The notes below the pieces were generated by a model. It searched no databases. It worked only from the letters and a program-made list of their open reading frames with translations, and was not told where the DNA came from. A program made the translations under genes and the position numbers. A stretch of 64,000 bases of DNA, taken from positions 496,001 through 560,000 of the forward strand of contig OX597816.1 in NCBI GenBank assembly GCA_951406725.2, in the 5' to 3' direction. How positions within the stretch are numbered: position 1 is the stretch's first letter; each line of letters begins with the position of its first letter. This document shows positions 26,301 through 36,085 of the stretch, one piece after another. This DNA is from Octopus vulgaris. Its lineage: Eukaryota.

Positions 26301-27835
26301 AAGTCAAACATGTTATTCAAGGCCTCGATGTCAACAAGGGTCACAGCCCTGACGGCATACACCCACGGGTTATCAAAGCGTTGGCTCCGGTCATCTGTGA
26401 TCCCTTAACACGTCTATTCAATATGTCATTGGCGACGGGTGTTATACCTGCGGACTGGAGAACAGCGATAATCTGCCCAATCTTCAAGAAAGGGAGCCAC
26501 GAAGACCCACTTAACTACCGACCGGTTTCCCTTACATCAATAATCAGCAAGATGTTCGAAACCATCCTTAAGAAAAGTATGATGCTCCACCTCCAAAACA
26601 CAGCCTCTATCTCTGATTCCCAACACGGCTTCGTGCCGAAGAGATCATGCTTGACCAACTTACTGGTAATGGAAGAATTGGTGACGTGCATCCTCGATGA
26701 TAGTGATGCTGTTGACATCGTTTTATTGGACTTTGCCAAAGCTTTTGACTCGGTAAACCACCGCCTATTACTTGTCAAGCTTCAAGCATATAGTTTCCAT
26801 CCGGATATTGTACGATGGGTTGGTGCCTTCCTCTCAGATCGCTCCTTCCAAGTCCAAGTTAATGGTTCACGGTCCGACGTTTCCAGTGCAAGCAGTGGCG
26901 TGCCTCAAGGTTCAGTGCTTGGGCCCTTATTATTCTTAGTCTTCATAAATGACTTGCCCGACGACCTCATGCAACACACCCTTCTATTTGCCGATGATGT
27001 CAAACTGGTCGCTCCTCACGGTGATATAGAGGATCTTCGTCGATGCCTCCACCAAATTTGGAGATGGTCTAATGAATGGGACCTGTGTCTAAACGTGTCA
27101 AAGTGCTGTCATCTGCCTGTTGGCTCTTCTCCTGCAACTCAACCTGATTTCGAGCCGGGTCGTCTGCTCCTGGAGAGGACCGACCAGGTAAAGGACCTGG
27201 GTATCTTGGTGGATTCCTCCTTTTCGCCTTCGCTCCAGTGCGTCCATGCTGCCAACAAAGCACACGGAGTTCTGTTCTTGATTCGACGGTCATTCGGAAT
27301 GCTCACAGCAGCCATATTCCTACCGCTCTATGTCACACTGGTGAGACCCATATTGGAGTACGGGATTCAAGCCTCTTCTCCTTAACTCCTCAAAGACATA
27401 CATCATCTCGAAAGAGTCCAGAAGCTGGCTACCTGCATGGTTCTTGGTCTCAAGCATTTGTCTTATGAAGAAAGGCTGAAGACACTCGACCTTTATTCTC
27501 TAGAAAAACAATGACGCTCACAACATCATAAGTGGAAAGTGTAAACTCTCGAAAGAGCTGTTCTTCACTTCTGCTCCAGAGCATTGGCTGCGGGGTCACT
27601 CCGAAAAGCTCTATCTGCGATGATTTCATCTCAATCGAAGGAGAGGGGCTTACTCCGTCCGGGTTGCGGATCCGTGGAATAAGCTGTGGAATAAGCCGAC
27701 GACCGCTCGGTTCAAAGTCTCCCTTGACCAGAAATGGCCTGAACTCTTTACATGAACACCACCCTGTACATAACTCCATGTCCCCCTACATGGCCTTGCT
27801 TTTTGCTTTTTGAGCCAAAAAAACTAACTAACTAA
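23388..27835 (+). mobile_element. Near full-length CR1-clade LINE: 5'UTR, ORF1 (23629-~24894, one frameshift), ORF2 APE-RT (~24800-27773, frameshift/stops), (CTAA)n tail
   Basis: ORF1 with SAIIYGKAES..LGRF..RPHPIRVIF and, in a shifted frame, ELKMRKQMGEKGLHIQDGQII. APE motifs ITETWL, GGGVAVY, GDFN, SDH; RT motifs NYRPVSL, DFAKAFDSV, GVPQGS, FADD. 3' hairpin CCATGT/ACATGG. Possible CATAT TSD (23383-87, 27836-40). Confidence 0.95.
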
Positions 27836-29404
27836 CATATGTACAAGTATGTACGTTTGTATGTATGTTTCAAATGCATGTATACATGATGGATGGAGGT
27901 ATGCATGTGTATGTGTGTGTCTGAATATCTCTGTATATTGTCCTTCTCACTTCACTTTCTACTTTCTGTTTCCTGTATGGCTCAGAAGATATTTGTCCAA
28001 GTACATTTTCTGTGGTCAGATACTCTTCCTGGCACCAAACAAAGTAATATTTCTCTGTCACCAAACGTATCTCTTCAAAAATTGAAAGCAAGACACCACT
28101 TGGGTGACACTGACACTTGTTTACAACTACTGTACGATTCAAGGCATGGAGACACACACACACACATACCCACATATACACATGTGCACATGCATGCACA
28201 CACATATACACACACATGTGCCCACATCTACACAAACACATGCACATATGACAGTCTTATTTCAGTTTGTGTCTAAGAAATCTACTCAAACGTCTTTGGT
28301 TGGCACAAGACTATTGTAGAAGAGACTATCCCAAGATGCCATACAGTGGGGCTGAACCTGAAACCACAGGGTTGGGAAGCATTGGTCATTAAGCAAGAAT
28401 ATGCAGTTTTAGAAATCAAAGCCATATAACTGAAGTAGGGCAACGCAGCCTGAATATAGTCTCCTTCCAGCTACCTTCATGAAAGTGAAACAGGTATATT
28501 CAAAGCAGAATTGTTATTTGCATTATCTTAGGTATGCAGTGAATACCTTGCATTTATGCAGGAAATGCTACTGAATCCTAAACACACACACACATACACA
28601 CACACACATGCAGGTGCTGTGCAAAACACAGTAGAGAAAATAACATTCAAATTCCAAAGGCAGAGTTAAATAACATAACATTTTATTGAAGATGGAAAGA
28701 CTTCACAGACTCTGATGCAAAACAAATAAAAAAACAAAGAAATAGAAAACTGCATAGAAAGAGAGAGGGAGAGGGAGAGGGAGAGGGAGAGGGAGAGGGA
28801 GAGGGAGAGGGCTATTGACTAAAGTCAGATGGATGGATGGACAAATAGACTGTATATATAAAGATGCACACATCTGTGTGTCTTCTCATATATGGTTGTA
28901 TTGTATGTGTAGCATATCAGTGAGTATAAATACATATGTCTGTGTGGATGCATTTATGAACATAGGCAGGTATGAATATTTAGGAGAGAATAGGAATGTA
29001 TGTATTGCACCTGCAATTAAAGAAAAGCGAGGAAATTAAAAGAGAGAGGGAGGATGAAAGAAAGGAAGAGAAAAAAGATTGGGGAAATGTAAGAAAGTAA
29101 GGAGCAGGATGAGAGAAATGAGGGGACTGATAAAGAAATAGAAAAAAAAGGAAAAGATAGAATGGGAGGGTAAAAATGTACAAAAACAATGGCGGTGCCC
29201 CAGCATGGCCACAGCTCAAGAGCTGAAACTGGAAAACATAAACATAAAGTCATAGGAATGTGAGAAAAACAATGAAAATGAAGAAAAGGATTGAAAAAGT
29301 CCTATAATCAGGGGTATTTTGTGTATATGTGTGTGTGCCAGAATGGATAAGTGTATGTGTTTTGTAACCTTGAGCAAGATACTTCAGTTCACATTGCTCT
29401 AGAC

Positions 29405-29592
29405 CAGTGCTCCACAACTGGCATGCTGTGGCACACTCATGTGCAATGAGACAATGCTAGGTGTGCCACAGTATAACCTAAATATAATTTTTTCTCCTGT
29501 ACTTTTAATTAGGTTTTTAGTTCAGGTGTGCCGCCGGATTTTGAAAAGAATACAAGTGTGCTGCAAGTGAAAAAAAAGATTGTGGAGCACTG
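29405..29592. mobile_element. hAT (Charlie-type) MITE
   Basis: 13-bp perfect TIR CAGTGCTCCACAA/TTGTGGAGCACTG; 8-bp TSD CTCTAGAC/CTCTGGAC matching the NTCTAGAN preference. Confidence 0.9.
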
Positions 29593-29912
29593 CTCTGGAC
29601 GACTCGTTGAAAATGAGGAGCAGCTGAGGGCTGGCACAGGCCTCTCTCCTCCTCCCAGCTGTCACATCCTGGATGCTCTACCAAGTCAAAGGTAGGAGGA
29701 CTAAGATTGTGTTGACATCTCATGGCAACTACATAGGTACTTAACTACGTAGGTTTTAACTACATAGGTACTTAAAATAATCAGTAAAAGCTTAGTATAG
29801 GTTACCTTGTCATACTAACAGATGACAACTTTCACGCACACACACTTGAATATGTATAAATAGATATATATATCTGGGTTTGTATGATTGTGTAGAGAAG
29901 AATATATTAATC

Positions 29913-30179
29913 AATGAAATTCCAACTTAATCTGATTTTCACGTTTTATTATTTGCAATTTTTACAATTTTACAATATTAAAATAAAACAGTATTTTCAT
30001 GTATTACACACTCATCAGGTTGATGTAGTGACAGTCATGTTGCACAATTGACAACTGTGGAACACGACTGTCACTACATCAACCTGATGATTGCATAACA
30101 CTTGAAAATACTGCTTTCTTTCAATATTGTAAAATTGCAAATAATGAAACATGAAAACCAACCAAGCTGGAATTTCATT
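29913..30179. repeat. ~270-bp palindromic foldback with a 25-bp perfect core stem
   Basis: TCATCAGGTTGATGTAGTGACAGTC (30012-30036) pairs with 30066-30090; arms pair imperfectly out to the ends. Confidence 0.9.
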
Positions 30180-30193
30180 CAATGTAATATATA

Positions 30194-30224
<31 letters not shown>

Positions 30225-30228
<4 letters not shown>

Positions 30229-30905
30229 TCATCATCATCATCATCGTCGTTTAACGTCCGTTCTCCATGCTAGCATGGGTTGGACGGTTCGACCGGGGTT
30301 CTGGGAAGCCAGAAGGCTGCACCAGGCTCCAGTCTAAATTTGGCAATGTTTCTACAGCTGGATGCCCTTCCTAACGCCAACCACTCCGTGAGTGTAGTGG
30401 GTGCTTTTTACGTGCCACCTGCACAGGTGCCAGGCGGGGCTGGCAACGGCCACGGTCAGATTGGTGTATTTTATGTGCCACCGGCACGGAAGCCAGTCGA
30501 GGCGGTGCTGGCATCGGCCACGAGTCGGATAGTGCTTTTTACGTACCACCAGACCAGGGATCCTGGCTGGTTCAATTCGATTTCGATTTCGCTTGCCCCA
30601 ACATGTCTTCACAAGCAAAGGGGGTTGGCAAGGGTGCCTGTCGTATGGTCGCATTGGAGTATTTTACGTGCCACGGCCACGAGTCGGATAGTGCTTTTTA
30701 CGTACCATCAGACCAGGGATCCTGGCTGGTTCAATTCGATTTCGATTTCGCTTGCCCCAACATGTCTTCACAAGCAAAGGGGGTTGGCATGGGTGCCTGT
30801 CGTACGGTCGCATTGGAGTATTTTACGTGCCACGGCCACGAGTCGGATAGTGCTTTTTACGTACCACCAGGCCAGGGATCCTGGCTGGTTCAATTCGGTT
30901 TCGAT
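30225..30905 (-). mobile_element. RTE 3'UTR fragment with internal 159-bp tandem repeat (~2.5 copies)
   Basis: GGCCACGAGTCGGATAG recurs at 30516, 30675 and 30834; (CAT)n end; (TA)n on both flanks. Confidence 0.9.
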
Positions 30906-31001
30906 ATATATATATATATATATATATCTTCAGTTCCATTGCCGTTTAACTCATTATAAACTCTCTCCCTTTCTACATACATACATACATATATATATAT
31001 T

Positions 31002-31554
31002 ATCATCATCATTTAACGTCCATTTTCCATGCTAGCATGGGTTGGACGGTTCGACCAGGGTTTGGTAAGCCATGGAGGCTGCACCAGGCTCTGGTCTGAT
31101 CTGGCAGAGTTTCTATAGCTGGATGCCCTTCCTAACACCAACCACTCCGTGAGTGTAGTAGGTGTTTTTTACATGCAACCGGCACAGGTGCCAGAGCAGG
31201 CTGGCAAACGGCCACGATCGGTTGGTGCTTTTACATGTCACCGACACGGATGCCAATCAGGCGGCGCTGGCATCTAACACGTTTGGACAGTGCTTTTTAT
31301 GTGTCACCGGCACGGGTGTTTTTAACTACAATTTCCATTTGAATTTTTGTTTTGATGTTGATGTACTTGACTCAATAGGTCTCCTCAAGAACAGCGGGTC
31401 ACTCTATGATCCAAGGTTAGCACAGCAGGCCATCCTGCGAGCCATGAACTCACTTCATTTGTCGGGTCTTTGAAGTCACAGCATATCTTCAGAGGCCTCG
31501 ATCTTTCGTGTGAGACTCAAAGTACGAAGGTCATGCTTGACCACCTCGTCCCAC

Positions 31555-31555
<1 letters not shown>
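31002..31555 (-). mobile_element. RTE 3' fragment (ORF end WDEVVKHDLRTL plus 3'UTR)
   Basis: Homology to 37985-38570. Confidence 0.9.
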
Positions 31556-31621
<66 letters not shown>

Positions 31622-31833
31622 AAAAAATAAGTTCAAAAGAGAACAATTCAAATTTTTTGAAGTCCAAAAAGAGAGAAAGAGTGATTTCTAATAAAGATTC
31701 ATTATATTCATAAAAAAACAGCCAGAGCAAGTAATACGAATATGAAAATAGTAGTTGAAAAAAACAATTATAGAAAAATGGAGGAGAAAAAGATGTTGCA
31801 TCAAAATTAGATTCAGTACAAAATAGAATTCAA

Positions 31834-31932
31834 TACATATGCACGTTTCAATGGACAATACAAATATGTAAGAAAAAATTATAATCATAGTAATTATAAT
31901 TAAATTTATGCGTTGTCATTCTCATCAGTGTG
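31834..31932 (-). ncRNA. Degenerate Penelope-type hammerhead ribozyme motif
   Basis: ACA-CUGAUGA-GAAUGACAA..UUGUCCAUU-GAAACGUGCAUA-UGU; stem III carries CpG-type mismatches. Confidence 0.45.
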
Positions 31933-32329
31933 AAGAATTTTGCAAGGACATCAAAAAAGGTTTAATAAATTAAATTAAATTAAAATAAGATACAATAAGG
32001 GAGAATACAAAAGCGGTAATAGGGGAAAAAATTGGATATTTACAAGAAAGTTTTAAAAGGGAAAAAATAACAGTAATAATAATAAAGAGAGAGACGGAAG
32101 AGAAAAAAGGACAGACATATCAATGTGTAAGCACGTCTATACGTGTAGTAAACAATAACATAAAAATAAGAACGAAAAGCTAACAGGTATGTTTTAAAAA
32201 TGGTAACTGGCCGAGACAAAGTATAATGTAGACAGGGCCACGTGTGTATAGTAGAATATAACATAACAGGGGCACTAGCAGAAAAAAGCTATAGAGAGTT
32301 ATGCAAATATATATTAATATTGGAAAATA

Positions 32330-34900
32330 AAAAATATATACATACAAACCATCAACATGTTATTGAAAGGGCAGCTGCTGAACAAGAATCTTTTTTGTGC
32401 ATGGCACAAAAGATTGTACAGCAGCTAACCTGGCTCCATCAAGCTCAAACTCACAGATGGGACTATCCACAATACACAAGACCGCCACAGCAAATAGATC
32501 CAAGGTGGACACTGCCGGCAACAGTATACACCTCACCTCGATGCTCATCAGAGGACTGCTAACACTCAGTAACAGGACAAAAATCCCTTTCTTGAGAGAC
32601 CTTGTTGCATGCAATCAAGCCTTATGCATAGCACTTACGGAAACACACCTGAAACCGGACATAGCGGATGCGGAAGTACACATACCACAGTATGTTGTAC
32701 TACGGACCGACAGAAAAGAAAGGTGTTATGGTGGAGCTGCTATGTACATCCGCAAGGACCTCACACTCCAGGTCCTTTTGTCATACTCAAATTCGGTGTG
32801 TGACACATTAATTGTACATATAAGGCAACTCAGTGTAGTTATATGTGCTACATATCGCCCTCCAGATGCTCCAAGCCATGTGGGCAAGTTTGAAGACTGC
32901 CTTATAAAAATAGAAGAAGTTCTAGTCACATTAGAACAACACATAAGTGTGCTTCTTATGGGAGACTTCAATCTGCCCAATGTCAGATGGCCTGAGGGCC
33001 TTTCTCTCCCAGGAATGACACAATGCGAACGAGGACAAGCGAGATCCCTCCTGAACCTCATCAACACTTTGTACATGGAGCAAATAATACTCCAACCAAC
33101 CAGGGCAGGTAACATACTGGATCTCTGCTTCACAAATAATATGGATCTCATCCATAATGTGAAAGTGACACTGACACTACTCTCGGATCACAACATGGTA
33201 GAGTTGACCATGTACGGACCAAAGGAAAGCATGAACATGCAGTCTACAAGAAACTCTCAGAATCTTTCCAGCTTGAACTTCCATAAGGCAAACTGGAAAC
33301 AAATTGAGAAAGAGATCCTCAAACAAAACTGGCCTGAATGTCTCTCCTCGCCAGACATCGACATGAAACTTCAACAATTCATGTCTGTAATGCAAGCCAT
33401 ATGCTACAAATGTGTCCCAGAGAGAAAGGCCACTGTACACAAGAACAAAATCCCTAGAGAGAGGAAAATTCTTATGAGATGGCGTACAAAAGTTTCAAAT
33501 CGCCTAAACAAACAAATTGAAAGCAGTGAAAAGTCCTGCCTGAAAATAAAACTGTTGGAAATCGAAAAATGTCTGCAACTCTCCCATGAAAAAGAAAGAG
33601 CAGACAAAGAAGCCTGGGCTATAGACAACATAAAATCTAACCCCAGAGCTTTCTACAAGTTTGCCAAAGAAACAGCTACAGTGCACTGTAGGATAGGGCC
33701 ACTCCTTGAAAAAGACGGTTCACTCACAGGAAATCCAATGAGGATAAGTGAAATACTAAATGAGCAATTCAAAAGTATTTTCACTCCACCCCTAGGGCAT
33801 TTTCAAGTCAGCAATCCAACTGACTTCTTTACCACTGCAGATATAAAATCAGAGGCAACGATGATTGATTACATCAATATAAAGGAAGACGATGTAATAA
33901 AGGCTATAGATGAAATGAACCCAAACTCAGCTACTGGCCCCGATGGATTCCCAGCAATCCTTCTAAAAGTATGTAAGAGAGTCCTAGCAAGACCACTGCA
34001 GTTCCTCTTTCAGAGCTTCCTTGCAACTGGCAAACTTCCAAGAAAACTGAAGGAAGATAAAATATGCCCTATTTATAAAGGAAGTAGCAGAGTGGAGGTC
34101 AAGAACTACAGACCTATCTCTCTGACCTTACACATCAGCAAGGTCATGGAACGAATAGTCAGAAGGAAACTAATTGCCTTTCTTGAAGAAAATAACTTGC
34201 TGCCTGACACCCAACATGGTTTCCGACCAGGAAGGAGCTGCTTAACTCAGCTCCTACAACCCTATGACTGGGTGCTGAAACAACTGCTCAACCACTCAAA
34301 TGTGGAAGTGATATATCTCGACTTTGCAAAGGCCTTTGATAAAGTCGATCATGGAATGATATGTCACAAACTGCGTGATCTTGGCATAGTTGGAAAATTG
34401 GGAGAATGGCTTCATGACTTTCTGAAGGATAGAAGTCAGGTGGTAGTAGCCAATGGGGTCACCTCCATTAACACGCAAATAGTGAGCGGTGTTCTGCAGG
34501 GCACTGTTTTGGGACCACTACTGTTCATAATGGCCCTCTCGGACATGCCCTCAGCCACGCAGAGAGCCACGATCACAAGTTATGCAGATGATACAAAAGT
34601 TTCACAGGTAATACAGAACCCCGAAGACACTATGCATCTGCAATGTGAGCTGGACAAAATATACAAGTGGGCTGAAAAGAATAGCATGCAGTTCAATGCT
34701 GAAAAGTTTCAAGCTTTATGCTATCAGCATGCAAAACTAAATGCAATACCCAATAAATATACTGGACCTGTAGGGATTGCAATCCCAGAGGCACAATCAG
34801 TGCGAGACCTGGGTATTTACATGAGTAATGATGCAACCTTTCATGTGCATGTTGCTAAATTGGCAATGAAATGTAGGCAGCTGACCGGATGGATTCTTAG
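32330..34900 (+). mobile_element. CR1-clade LINE (second family): long open APE-RT frame, 3' end replaced after GWILR
   Basis: ORF 32397-34991 with ALTETHL, YRPPD, GDFNLP, SDH, NYRPISL, DFAKAFDKVDH, YADD, DLGI; related to 9023-9796 and 56530-58685. Confidence 0.95.
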
Positions 34901-34936
34901 AGTGGATTTGATAGAAACTGAAAGAAGCTCATCGTA

Positions 34937-35284
34937 TCATCATCATCATTTAACGTCTGCTTTCCATGCTAGCATGGGTTGGATGATTTGACTGAGGACT
35001 GGTGAACCAGATGGCTGCACCAGGCTCCAATCTGATCTGACAGAATTTCTACAGCTTGATGCCCTTCCTAACACCAACCACTCCAAGAGTGTTGTGGGTG
35101 CTTTTATGTGCCACCAGCACAGGTGCCAGACGAAGCTGGCAATGGCCTCGATCGGATGGTGCTTTTTATGTGCCACCAGCACGGAGGCCAGTCGGGGCGG
35201 TGCTATGGCCACGTTCGGATGGTTCTCTTACGTACCACCGGCACTGGTATCACAACTACAATTTCCATTGATTTTGATCGATTT

Positions 35285-35319
<35 letters not shown>

Positions 35320-36058
35320 GTCTATATATATATATATGTGTGCGTGTCTATATATATATATGTGTGCATATATATATCATCATCATCATCGCTTAACGTC
35401 CGCTTTCCATACTAGCATCGGTTGGACGATTTTGACTGAGGGCTGGTGAACCAGATGGCTGCACCAGGCTCCAATCTTGATCTGGCAGAATTTCTACAGC
35501 TGGATGCCCTTCCTAACGCTAATCACTCCGAGAGTGTAGTGGGTGCTTTTTATGTGCCACCGGCACGGGGGCCAGTGAGGCAGTACTGGCAACAACATCA
35601 CTTGAATCTTTTTACACATGCCACCAGCACAGGTGCCAGTAAGGCAACGTTGGTAACAATCATGCTCGAATGGTGCCTTTTACGCGCCACCAGCACAGAA
35701 GCCAGTTAGCCGCTCTGGCAACGATCATGCTTGGATGGTGCTCTTAGCACCCTACTAACACAAGCACAAGTGCCAGTATGGCAATGCTGGTAAGGATCAC
35801 ACTCGTATGGTGCTCTTTTCACCCTGCTAGCACGGATGCCAGTCATCAAATTTGATTTTGATTTCACTTGCCTCAAAAAGGTCTTCCCAAGCAGAGTTTA
35901 GTGTCCAAAGAAGGAAAAGGCATGCATAAGTGGGCTGGTTACGCCCCTGGCATAGGCCATGAGGTTATGGTCTCATTTGGCTTGCCAGGTCTTCTCAAGC
36001 ACAGTCTTGGTCACTAGTCATTTCCTTGGTGAGGCCTAAAGTCGAAGGTCGTGCTTCA
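34937..36058 (-). mobile_element. Two RTE 3' fragments (34937-35285 and 35378-36058), the second with ~6 array units
   Basis: (CAT)n ends, conserved terminal domain, repeated GGTGCTTTT(T)A(C/T)GTGCCACC cores. Confidence 0.9.
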
Positions 36059-36085
36059 TATATATATTTATAGATATATGTCTAT

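Noticed and set aside
30280-31035. 251-aa repeat-containing ORF
   Set aside because: Antisense reading of an RTE 3'UTR with a 159-bp tandem repeat
32397-34991. 864-aa ORF as an active or domesticated gene
   Set aside because: CR1 ORF2 truncated after GWILR and running into SINE/RTE sequence; conserved residues are altered (GVLQGT)
35540-35845. CRISPR-like repeat/spacer array (also 18080-18290, 38255-38425, 39695-39982)
   Set aside because: The linkers are homologous to each other, the array is part of an RTE 3'UTR, the context is eukaryotic and no cas genes are present
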